DNA from: a virus
Length of the DNA: 64,000 nucleotides
Reading direction: 5' to 3' (one strand)
IMG/VR virus record: IMGVR_UViG_3300009514_000374
Span: 1-64,000 of that record
Shown here piece after piece: positions 36,550-45,391 of this stretch. The notes beneath the pieces are model-generated. The model did no database searches. It saw nothing but the letters and a program-made list of their open reading frames with translations, and was not told where the DNA came from. The first letter of the stretch is position 1. Every line of letters starts with the position of its first letter. A program made the translations under genes and the position numbers.

Positions 36550-37137
36550 ATGTCAATTTCTCTCCGCGAAGGCGTCCAAGCGGACGTAGAACTGATGAAA
36601 GGCGGGGACCGCTTCCCGGTCGCCGCAGGTCCAATTCTACGCAGCACGGGTTGGCGCGGGGGCCTTTGGGTTCGTTACGTTCCACCCACGGGCGCCGATG
36701 ATTTCGTGGTCGAGGCAAGTGACGGCATCGACGGCACGGGGTTCTTGTTGTTCCCGAGCGAGAACTACAGCACGCCAGGCGGTTTCGCCTCCGGCGTGGC
36801 ACAAACTACCAACGAGCAAAATTGGACCTCGTACCAATTCACGACTGAGCCTGCGGTCGCCACGAACGTCGTGACGATGGTGAACGGAGGCACCCGAGTC
36901 CTGTTCCGCGTGTTTGAGACGGTGAGCCTGACGGGCGCTGGCGTCCGCTCGGGTCCACCGATCACGTACAGCCTCAACGACCCGCTCAAAATCAGCGAGA
37001 ATGGCTTGCTGTGCAACGACCCCGACGCAGCCTTGCTGGCCGCAACCGGGGGCGTGGTGACTCTCGTCGTGGGGTTCTGTTGCTCGGTGCCGTCACCCCG
37101 CAACGACAACCGACTCGGGCTCGACCTCAAATTCTAG
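36550..37137 (+). CDS. Hypothetical beta-rich protein, possibly head decoration
   Basis: Gly/Thr/Val-rich; YSLNDPLKISENGLL..LGLDLKF. Confidence 0.5.
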   Translation: MSISLREGVQADVELMKGGDRFPVAAGPILRSTGWRGGLWVRYVPPTGADDFVVEASDGIDGTGFLLFPSENYSTPGGFASGVAQTTNEQNWTSYQFTTEPAVATNVVTMVNGGTRVLFRVFETVSLTGAGVRSGPPITYSLNDPLKISENGLLCNDPDAALLAATGGVVTLVVGFCCSVPSPRNDNRLGLDLKF

Positions 37138-37139
37138 CC

Positions 37140-37454
37140 ATGTCCGACGCAAGTGCCAAACGAATCGCCGCTGCGTACCGGAGGACCAAACCCACCCCTC
37201 CGGGGTTTCGGCATGGGTACGTTGCTACGGTGACCGTCGAGCTATACGCTACCTCGGAAGCGCAAGCTCGGCGTCAACTAGATCGGTTTCTGGCCGGTGG
37301 CGACAAAACCGTGGCGCGGCATGTGATCGACACCCTTCACACGGGCTCGATCGGCGGTCGGAACCCCCCGGAGCCACGATGGACCCCTTCCGAGTGGGAG
37401 GGGTGGGATCCATGGGAGGGGTACGGCGACAAGCAGGCGGCCCCCGACGATTGA
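37140..37454 (+). CDS. Small protein with RIAAAY tag
   Basis: MSDASAKRIAAAYRR. Confidence 0.6.
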   Translation: MSDASAKRIAAAYRRTKPTPPGFRHGYVATVTVELYATSEAQARRQLDRFLAGGDKTVARHVIDTLHTGSIGGRNPPEPRWTPSEWEGWDPWEGYGDKQAAPDD

Positions 37455-37663
37455 CGAGTGGTGGGAGCGAGCCATGACCACGGGCATCCCATACCGGAAG
37501 CCGTTTGACCCACCCCCGCCGCACCGAGAGGCCGTATCACAGCGACGCCCCCGGCCTGCCCACCGACCGCGACTGATGCTGGTCGCGCTGCTCGTGTTCG
37601 CGGCGCCGGGGTTCGCTATGTCCGCCGCAGCCACGTCATGTGGGAGCGAGCCATGACCACGGG

Positions 37664-38770
37664 CTAGCGGTCGAAAGCCTCGTCCAGACGGCCGCGACCA
37701 GCCTCGCGCTCACGCTGGATGATATTCTTGGCCGTCCGCAGCAAGCTCGCGGCCTGGTTGCGGGTGATCTTCATGTGCTCGCTGATCTCCCGCACGGTCA
37801 TTTCCAGCACGATCCGGTTGTAGAGCACTTGCTTGTACTGCTCGGCGTTTTGCGGAGCACGGCGACGCAAGATGTCCTCGACGGCCGCGAAACCAGCATC
37901 GAAGGCGAGCTTCTGCTCGACCATCGAGACGGTCGTTTCATCCTCAACCGCTTCCATGGGGACAGTCGCACCCTCGTTCAGCCCATCGCTGTTCGCCGCC
38001 CAAGTGAAATTGGGGTTCTCGTGCGCCTTGGAAGGCTGCGTGGAACGAACGGTGAGTGGTTTACGGACGCGGTATTCCTTGACCTCTTTGGGCGTGAGCG
38101 CGCCGTGGATGGCGCGGCAAACAGGGTTGCGGGAGGCGTCCCGCGTGTCCGTCCGGCCCTGGTTGTGGGCGTAGCCCTTGACCTTGGCAAAGCTGATCTT
38201 GTCCCCGGTGAGCAAAGCCTCGCGCAACGAGTCACGCTTGATCATGTTCAACAAGAATTGCTGGACGTGATCCTCTACCTGCCCGAGTACCTGCGACCGA
38301 CGCATCTTTCCGCCGAGCCACACGCGGAGTTGATCGATCAAGGGTTGGCCTTGCTTCTCGATCCACTTGGCCGTGAGGTTCACGTTGGGGTCGTCGGTCA
38401 GATCGACAACCTTCATGCGAGTACGCTGACGACGGCGCGTGGGAGTTTCGTTCACGACGGAAGGCAAACCGTCGTACACGAGATTCTTGGCGTGTTCCGT
38501 GCCAGCGATGGTGAGAGCCCAACCGTCGTCGCTGCTACCATCGACGTTGATCCTGCCGATTAGCTTGGGCTGGCGAAGCGCCTGTAGGACGATGCCGTGT
38601 AGTTCCGAGTCGGAACCCAAGACGCCCGCGAGATGGATGACCCGATCGATGATCGAGCGTTCCGACACCACGTTGTAGGGTCGGAAATCGGAAAGTTCGC
38701 CAATAGCGAGTATGGCATGATCCGAAAATTGTTCGGCATACCAGTGCGGTTTGGATGCAGCGCGATTCAT
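37664..38770 (-). CDS. Sigma70/ECF-like factor with N-terminal winged helix
   Basis: Region 2-like VEDHVQQFLL..FAKVKGYAHNQGRTDTR; region 4-like KQVLYNRIVLEMTVREISEHMKITRNQAASLL. Confidence 0.65.
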   Translation of the reverse strand: MNRAASKPHWYAEQFSDHAILAIGELSDFRPYNVVSERSIIDRVIHLAGVLGSDSELHGIVLQALRQPKLIGRINVDGSSDDGWALTIAGTEHAKNLVYDGLPSVVNETPTRRRQRTRMKVVDLTDDPNVNLTAKWIEKQGQPLIDQLRVWLGGKMRRSQVLGQVEDHVQQFLLNMIKRDSLREALLTGDKISFAKVKGYAHNQGRTDTRDASRNPVCRAIHGALTPKEVKEYRVRKPLTVRSTQPSKAHENPNFTWAANSDGLNEGATVPMEAVEDETTVSMVEQKLAFDAGFAAVEDILRRRAPQNAEQYKQVLYNRIVLEMTVREISEHMKITRNQAASLLRTAKNIIQREREAGRGRLDEAFDR

Positions 38771-38872
38771 GTTGTCCTCCCGCTCGGTCTTGGGAGGGAC
38801 CGAGCTTTGTCAGTTGGCGTCGCCAAAGTGACTAGGGCTCGCAGTGAGCACGGGGTCGGCGGCGACGACCTC

Positions 38873-38902
38873 TTGATACCCCCGCGCGGCGCCCGCTGTC
38901 AA
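38873..38902 (-). promoter_or_regulatory. Sigma70-like promoter for the minus-strand sigma-like gene
   Basis: TTGACA-18nt-TATCAA. Confidence 0.5.
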
Positions 38903-39076
38903 GAAAACAGCGGATCCGTAGGTCCACAAGTCCAAGCTGGAAAGAGCCGAGAAATTCTGCGCATTTGGGCGGCGGTTTTCCACCCTTTCCCCAAGCTCCG
39001 GCCGCGAGGAATTTGGGGGCGATCTCCTTGCTCGGTGGCTGGAATACTCGGGCTATAGCTACCCCTGTGCGAGAGC

Positions 39077-40372
39077 ATGAGCGCCTACCTCACAAGCCTT
39101 TTTCGCCGGGCCTCCAAGACCCCTGTGACGGAGCCCTCCCACCTACGGGTGGCAGGACGCTACCTACGGGCCTATCTGAGCCCGAAAACAGACCTCTTGG
39201 CCCGCGTCCAGATGCTTGAGGGTGCGGCAGACGTGCCCCGAGGGGCTTGGACACGGCGGCTCGTACCGGCCGAGGCCAAGGACTATTTCGGGGAGGGCCT
39301 GGCCCCGGAGTGGACGCTTCGATCCGATTCAGGGCTCGCCAATGCAGCCGTCGAGGCAGTCAAAAAGAACATCGGTGAGCACGGCACTCCGGGTGTGATC
39401 CGATCCAAGCTCCGCGATATGTCGGCCGACGAGATGGTGAATTCGTTTATTGGGGGGTTGTGGCCTTGGCCCGCCCCCTCGTACTACGAGTGCCTCCAGT
39501 GTGGCAAGCGGTCCAAGAAGGACATTTCTAAGTGCCCCAAGTGCGGGGGAGAGGTTGAGCCGAGGGGTGCTGAGCACTCGATTATGAAGGCACCGCCCTT
39601 CTACGCCATCGGACAGAAGATGGACGAGCCGACCATCGAGGGTTTGCGTGACGGCTCGATCAAACCTGACCGCTTCACCCCCATTGTGTACTCGTGGGTG
39701 CAGCAACGTGCTCGTGACGAGCTACGCAAGTGGATGCGCGCTGTGGGCCGGGGCAGGGGACATGAGACTGAGTGGCTCCCCTCGGGAACCTCGCGCTTTG
39801 ACGTGATGGAAACCGACGCTGAACCCACCAGCGTTCTGTCTCGGATTCTCGGGATGAAGCACAACCCCAAGGCGAAGCGCCTGCGCAAGCTCTTGCGGGC
39901 CATCTCGGACGAGAACCCCCGCCGCGCCGATGCCGAGGTATTCAAGGAATTCCTGTCGATCATCGAGGGGATGTCGGCCGGGGAAACCTCCGTGGAATTC
40001 GGCCGGGTGGATGAACGCGGTATCCCGCGTGGGATTTCTGGAGTCATCGCCGAGCGCATGGGCAAGTCCCGGCAATTTGCTGGTCAGGCTCTCAAGCGGT
40101 CCTTTGAATTCTTGGCCGAGCGAGCCCAACGCAAACCGCAGCTAAAGCGTCTGTGGGAGGAAATCAGGGATGCCGAATTTGGAGCCGGGGAAATGGGTCG
40201 TTCCGCTTCGGCTACCGAGGAATTCCTGGCGGACCTCCAAGCATGTGGCGACGAGGTAATGGCTGCGTGCGACGCTGACGAGCACGAGGCTGATCGCACC
40301 GTCACTGTTGGACCTCTGGAGCTTACGATCGGGAAATTCCCCGGAGCGGGGTCGGGTGCCTACAGCAAGTAA
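39077..40372 (+). CDS. Divergent sigma-factor-like protein with RVAGRYL tag and zinc ribbon
   Basis: FTPIVYSWVQQRARDELRK (region 2.3-2.4-like); VIAERMGKSRQFAGQALKRS (region 4.2 HTH-like); CLQC..CPKC. Confidence 0.5.
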   Translation: MSAYLTSLFRRASKTPVTEPSHLRVAGRYLRAYLSPKTDLLARVQMLEGAADVPRGAWTRRLVPAEAKDYFGEGLAPEWTLRSDSGLANAAVEAVKKNIGEHGTPGVIRSKLRDMSADEMVNSFIGGLWPWPAPSYYECLQCGKRSKKDISKCPKCGGEVEPRGAEHSIMKAPPFYAIGQKMDEPTIEGLRDGSIKPDRFTPIVYSWVQQRARDELRKWMRAVGRGRGHETEWLPSGTSRFDVMETDAEPTSVLSRILGMKHNPKAKRLRKLLRAISDENPRRADAEVFKEFLSIIEGMSAGETSVEFGRVDERGIPRGISGVIAERMGKSRQFAGQALKRSFEFLAERAQRKPQLKRLWEEIRDAEFGAGEMGRSASATEEFLADLQACGDEVMAACDADEHEADRTVTVGPLELTIGKFPGAGSGAYSK

Positions 40373-40769
40373 ACCTTCGGCGCTTCGGGTTGCTCGGCTT
40401 TTCACAGCCCGTGCTGCCGAGGGCGACTGCTACGAGGCCGCCGCGAATTACATCGTGGAGCGCGGCCTTGGGCTATGGGGCGGCAAGGGCAAGCCCAAAT
40501 CAGGCTTGATTCTCGTCCATGGCGAGGTAGCGGGCCAAGGTCCGTTGGAGGGTGTCAATTTTGGGCACGCGTGGGTGCTCGACGGCAACACCGTGATCGA
40601 CAACTCCAATGGTCGGAACCTGCGGATGCCGAAATCCGCTTACTACGCGCTCGGCAAGATTGACGAGATCAACAATTTCCACGAGTACGATGTCGAGACG
40701 GCCCGACACATGCTGCTTCGGTTCAAGACCTACGGGCCGTGGGATCTGGAAACCTCGACAGGTCTGTGA
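40356..40769 (+). CDS. Transglutaminase/papain-fold protein with RVARLF tag
   Basis: GDCYEAA..LVHG..GHAWVLDG..VID (C-H-D); GTG start inferred. Confidence 0.65.
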   Translation: MPTASKPSALRVARLFTARAAEGDCYEAAANYIVERGLGLWGGKGKPKSGLILVHGEVAGQGPLEGVNFGHAWVLDGNTVIDNSNGRNLRMPKSAYYALGKIDEINNFHEYDVETARHMLLRFKTYGPWDLETSTGL

Positions 40770-41551
40770 TGCCGAAGATTCTTTTCACTGGACCCTCGCG
40801 TAAGCGGAAGCGGATCAAGCGGAAGCTGATCGAGGAAATGGAGCACCCGGAACTGCGGGTCGCGTCTCGATACCTCCAAGCGCGTGGGATGTACGACGAG
40901 GCGGAGCGGGAGCTTCGCAAGAAAGACCCGGATGGCTTCTGCATGGCGTTGCCGGGGACGGTCGTGTTTCAGCACTTGAATCTGAGCCCGCGCGGCAAGG
41001 TGATGAAGTGGTTTTCGATCCACGATCCCCCAACAGCCAGCGCCAAGGTCGTTGGGCACATCGCGGGGCTCGTGCAGACGAATGCCACGTTTGTCGTCGG
41101 GGAAGCCGGCTACAAGCAGGTGTCCGTGCTCGACAAGCCCAAGTTTGTGTTCGCCGGGGCGGTCGGAAAGCTCGTCGCCGTGGACGGTGCCGGCGGGGAT
41201 GAATTCGGAACCGTGCCCTCACGGGACCAGGAATGGATCCGATACAACCCCAAAAAGCGCGACGAAGGTCTGATCGCCCGATGGTTCTGCCGCCAGAATC
41301 CTGAGACTGGCGAATGGGACATCCCCGTGATCAAGGCACGTCGCGTGGTCGCACGAGGGCACAGGATCTACGCGAGCGGCATCACGGACATGCCCCGCAA
41401 ACACTACGAGCCGCTGCTTGAGCAGTTGGGGCTTGGCGCCTACCAGGCGGCCTCGATCAAACTGGCACACGAGGACAGCGAGCACGGGCCGCACATCCTC
41501 GCCATTCACCGAGAAGCCTTGCGTGCTCTCGATGGGGAACCAAACACATGA
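40769..41551 (+). CDS. Tagged hypothetical protein
   Basis: PELRVASRYL near N-terminus; degenerate IKLAHED..HGPHILAI at C-terminus. Confidence 0.65.
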   Translation: MPKILFTGPSRKRKRIKRKLIEEMEHPELRVASRYLQARGMYDEAERELRKKDPDGFCMALPGTVVFQHLNLSPRGKVMKWFSIHDPPTASAKVVGHIAGLVQTNATFVVGEAGYKQVSVLDKPKFVFAGAVGKLVAVDGAGGDEFGTVPSRDQEWIRYNPKKRDEGLIARWFCRQNPETGEWDIPVIKARRVVARGHRIYASGITDMPRKHYEPLLEQLGLGAYQAASIKLAHEDSEHGPHILAIHREALRALDGEPNT

Positions 41552-42600
41552 GTCTCCGCAACAAAGCGATTAAGCTCGCCTACGAAAACCCCGAACTACG
41601 TGATGCGATCCTGCCGATCGTCACGGCCAAGGAGCACGCGACTGAGGACGCCCGCCGCAAGTACCTCCAAGAGCACCCCAAGGCTGATCCGGCGAAGCAC
41701 ACGATCAGGACCAAAAAGCCTCGCAAGAAAAAGGGGCCGTCTGAGAAGGACAAGGAAATCCTCAAGATCTTGGACGAGCACGACAAGGAGCAAGCCTTGC
41801 TCGCAGAAAAAGCCATCGCCGAAAGGGTGAAGGCTGAGCAGGCCAAATCGGACGAACGAGCCAAGGCTCGTGCGGAACGAGCCAAGGGGAAGGCGCCTCC
41901 GCATTTGGAGGGGCTGTCAAAGCACCTCCAAGACGCCGTGGGCAAGATGCCTACCAAGGGCATGGACAAGGAAGAAGCCTACAGCCACCCGAAGATCAAG
42001 GCGATGGCAAAGGCGCTGATGAAGCTCCCACGCGGAACCGTCGCTCGTATGTACGAGCAGCTACAAACTCGGATGCTTGAGCTTGGGCAGCCTGAGAAGC
42101 GCGGAGAACCGGGACGTGATGACGCCTTGAATCAGATTCATGCCGCGTGGCGTGCAACCAACGATGCCCTGTTCACGATGGGAGACGCACACAAGGAACG
42201 CGAAAAGGGCGAGGGCATGGGCAAATACCTTCCACGCGCTGAGTTGAAAAAGCGCCGCAAGGTTGAGCTAGATCTCGACCCCTTGAAAGACCTCCAGGGG
42301 CACAAGAAATCCGATCCGGTCTACAAGGTGCTCAAGGAGTACCGGAACGACGGAAAATACGTTCGGCTCAAGACGTTGGAGAAGGCGATCACGCATCTCG
42401 ACAAGATGCTCGACAACCCGGCTCACGACGGCGACGAGGACAAGATCGAGAAGGCCAAGAAGCTGCTTGAAAGGATCAATCGCGGAGGCCCCGAGTCTCG
42501 TCCGTCGAAAAAGGGCAGCCTTCGCAGCGGTCTGATCCGTCTGGCCCACGCTCGCCCTGACCTCCGTGATCGGCTGCTGCCTCTGCTCGCAAAGGACTAG
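41548..42600 (+). CDS. Tagged basic protein, IRLAH-type tags at both termini
   Basis: LRNKAIKLAYENPELRDAILPIV; KYLQEHPKADP; LRSGLIRLAHARPDLRDRLLPLL. Confidence 0.8.
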   Translation: MSLRNKAIKLAYENPELRDAILPIVTAKEHATEDARRKYLQEHPKADPAKHTIRTKKPRKKKGPSEKDKEILKILDEHDKEQALLAEKAIAERVKAEQAKSDERAKARAERAKGKAPPHLEGLSKHLQDAVGKMPTKGMDKEEAYSHPKIKAMAKALMKLPRGTVARMYEQLQTRMLELGQPEKRGEPGRDDALNQIHAAWRATNDALFTMGDAHKEREKGEGMGKYLPRAELKKRRKVELDLDPLKDLQGHKKSDPVYKVLKEYRNDGKYVRLKTLEKAITHLDKMLDNPAHDGDEDKIEKAKKLLERINRGGPESRPSKKGSLRSGLIRLAHARPDLRDRLLPLLAKD

Positions 42601-42603
42601 TTT

Positions 42604-44988
42604 GTGCCGACGATGCGAAAGATGGCCGCCCGTGTTGCGCGGCGGCACTTTCGCCGCGTAGCGGGCATCTTTGAGGCGCCTCCAAAGCTCGTCAAGGACG
42701 TAACCGAGCAGGTCACGCAGGTCTACGCGGAGCACATTTGGGCGAAGGCTGAGTATGAGATCCAAGAGCGCAACTCGGCCTATCATTGGGGTCAAAAACA
42801 GATCCGTGCGGCGATCAAGCAAGGGGAGGCCGAGGCGAAGGTCTTTTTGCAGGAAAACGACGCACAAGTGTTTATCGACGCCGGGTGGCACGAGATCGAT
42901 GAAAACAACGGCGAGTACACCACCCTTGCAGTGACCGCTGTCCCCATCGTTGAACGCGAGCAGAGTGGTCGCACAACGATCAAATGGGCTGCGGTTTGGG
43001 TGACGGGAAGGCGGACCTTCGGAGAACCTACGCCAGAAATCCCCGAGATGCCGGAGTACCCGAAGCTGCGGGACGAAGATTACGTTTACTACCCGTACCG
43101 AAGCGAGTATTCGACCGACGAAGAGTACGAACGAGCCCTTGCTGAACACCCCGGAAAAGTAAAAAGGTACGAGGAAAAGCAGAAGGCCCAAGAAGCGTGG
43201 CATGACCTCAAGGCACAGAACGATTGGGAATTCGAGCTTACGAGCTATGGCGGCTGGCAAGAGTTTGATACGCCAACTGCGGCCATCGTCGCGGCCAGGA
43301 ACAGTCCTATCAGGGGCGACAGCGAGGATTACAACACGGGCAGTCTGACTCAATCGGATATGTCGGCGGCAAAGGTCTTTGCGGAGATGGTCAAGGTAAC
43401 GCACGCGCGAGCACAGCGATACCTCAAGCGCGCTCGTGAGGCCATGAAGGACAAGCGAGCCGATGAAGCCTGGATGCAACGGATCGTGGATCTTAACCTC
43501 ACGATCAACGAGGCGAAAAAGTACGCCTCCATGCCCGATCGTAAATCTTGGACGATCGAACGCACGATCAAAGTAGACCTGACTGGTTGGAAATACGTCG
43601 ATGAAAAGCTCGGCGAATTGGAGAGCGAGTACGTCGAGGCTGCCGCGCACAACGAACGCGAATTGGAGGCGCTTGATCGTGACGTTCGTGCTCTGCGGGA
43701 AGATCAGATAACGAGAGTCTTTGAGTTCAAAAACGGGCCTCGCCGTAAACCGTGGAGGTTCCGAGTGGAGCGTGTATCGAAGGGCTACATGGAGGCTGAC
43801 AGGCGAAGGGGAGTTTACCTGATCTCGCACAACTACCACGGCTCTTGGACTACTGATGACTCCGCGACTCTTTCGCCCGAGAGGGTGCTCCGCGACATAC
43901 ACCGTGAGGTTCCAGCGCCCCTTTTGGACGAGGCCGCCAAACTACGCGAGTACAAACGTGGCAAGGTCTTGGCGGGGCAATCGATCAAGCTACGCATAGA
44001 CTTTGAAGGGCACCGCCGAGGTTGGGGAGGGTGGTGGAGCCCGCAGTCGAGGGAGATGAAGATCTTTTTCTATGACGAGAAGATCAAGCTCGACCCGGCC
44101 TCCTTCAAAGAAGCGATCTGGGAAATTCGGCGAATTTCTCGGCACGAGTCCCAACACGCTGGACAGACCATGCTCAATCATTGGCTTGAGCTTCACGTTT
44201 CCGGCTACAAGCCGGGTCTCCCGTCGCGTTCAACGTGGACCCCAAGCGTTGATCCGTGGGGGGCGGTTCGTCGTGAACGAGGAAAGCCAATCGTAGACCC
44301 GGAGACCGTTTACGAGGAATTCGGCAAAGACGAGGATTGGGAACAGGTCCACCATCACCACCGCGAGGTTGAGTTCTACACGAACCTTGCCGATGACATT
44401 GACAGGTTTGAGGCTACGCTGCGCAAAGTACCCAAGCCCTATTGGCCTGCTTATGCCCGCGTCGTTGTTGGCCTTGCTGAACCACAGCCCTTGAAGGATG
44501 AAATCGCCGAGCGTTACGGCTCCCAAAAATATCGTTTCCTGCAAGGCCCGACCACGGCTATGCCGGAGATGAACCGTGACTCGTTGGGCTGGCGCTTTCG
44601 CAGGTTCAAGCAAAAGAACAAGCCGAAATGGCGCAAGGCGGTCAAGGAATTCTACAACGAGCTTCGCAGGCGGGGGTATCGACTCCAAGGCGGCATCGTC
44701 CCCATGTCTCTCGACTACGTGAAGATCGAGGACGCGCTCAAAGAATGGCGTGATCGGTTCTATGACAAGACCGGCGTCTGGTATACGTGGCGTGACGTGC
44801 CCGGCGTGAATCTGCCCCCGAAAAAGCGTGTCGAGCAGGGGTGGATTTACGGGATGTTCGATGTGACCAATTTCGATCCTGACGAGTTGCACAGAGGCAA
44901 ACACGTCACACCTGACTCACCGAAGCCGGGGCGACAGCGGATCCGCGTCTTGGTTGGACCTACGGGCAAGGTCCAGAAGATCCGATAG
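42604..44988 (+). CDS. Large tagged protein with HExxH metallopeptidase-like motif
   Basis: AARVARRHFRRVA leader; RHESQHAGQ..EVEFY. Confidence 0.65.
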   Translation: MPTMRKMAARVARRHFRRVAGIFEAPPKLVKDVTEQVTQVYAEHIWAKAEYEIQERNSAYHWGQKQIRAAIKQGEAEAKVFLQENDAQVFIDAGWHEIDENNGEYTTLAVTAVPIVEREQSGRTTIKWAAVWVTGRRTFGEPTPEIPEMPEYPKLRDEDYVYYPYRSEYSTDEEYERALAEHPGKVKRYEEKQKAQEAWHDLKAQNDWEFELTSYGGWQEFDTPTAAIVAARNSPIRGDSEDYNTGSLTQSDMSAAKVFAEMVKVTHARAQRYLKRAREAMKDKRADEAWMQRIVDLNLTINEAKKYASMPDRKSWTIERTIKVDLTGWKYVDEKLGELESEYVEAAAHNERELEALDRDVRALREDQITRVFEFKNGPRRKPWRFRVERVSKGYMEADRRRGVYLISHNYHGSWTTDDSATLSPERVLRDIHREVPAPLLDEAAKLREYKRGKVLAGQSIKLRIDFEGHRRGWGGWWSPQSREMKIFFYDEKIKLDPASFKEAIWEIRRISRHESQHAGQTMLNHWLELHVSGYKPGLPSRSTWTPSVDPWGAVRRERGKPIVDPETVYEEFGKDEDWEQVHHHHREVEFYTNLADDIDRFEATLRKVPKPYWPAYARVVVGLAEPQPLKDEIAERYGSQKYRFLQGPTTAMPEMNRDSLGWRFRRFKQKNKPKWRKAVKEFYNELRRRGYRLQGGIVPMSLDYVKIEDALKEWRDRFYDKTGVWYTWRDVPGVNLPPKKRVEQGWIYGMFDVTNFDPDELHRGKHVTPDSPKPGRQRIRVLVGPTGKVQKIR

Positions 44989-45016
44989 GTTTCGATCCGA
45001 TCTCGCGCGGCGTAAT
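44988..45016 (+). promoter_or_regulatory. GGTTTC-N17-CGT motif
   Basis: GGTTTC-gatccgatctcgcgcgg-CGTAAT. Confidence 0.75.
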
Positions 45017-45036
45017 TGGTACGGAGGCCCGTACCG

Positions 45037-45345
45037 ATGTCCAGCGCATACAACGCACTTTCCGTCCTGACCAAGAGCCCCGTGACTCGCGCGTTCTTGG
45101 AGGCCAACGACCCCAAGGCGCTCGCACAGGCGGACGCTGCCTTGGCTGAGATGGACGCTGAGCGAGACGCCCTGGACGCCCACCTGGACGCCACGGACCC
45201 CGCACGAGCCGAGCACGAGGCGTACATCGCCGATCTGGAGCGGGTCGCCAACCAGGACGCCGAGGATTACATCGAGCAGCTTCACGCGGAGGCCCTGGAG
45301 GCCGACCTGTGGGGCTCGCGGGAGTGGGACAACGCCAACGGCTGA
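45037..45345 (+). CDS. Acidic hypothetical protein
   Basis: GGAGG RBS. Confidence 0.7.
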   Translation: MSSAYNALSVLTKSPVTRAFLEANDPKALAQADAALAEMDAERDALDAHLDATDPARAEHEAYIADLERVANQDAEDYIEQLHAEALEADLWGSREWDNANG

Positions 45346-45373
45346 GTTTCGCTTAGTGCGCGTCTAGCGTTCT
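45345..45373 (+). promoter_or_regulatory. GGTTTC-N17-CGT motif (AGTTTC variant)
   Basis: AGTTTC-gcttagtgcgcgtctag-CGTTCT. Confidence 0.65.
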
Positions 45374-45391
45374 AGGTCTGGAGGCAACGAA

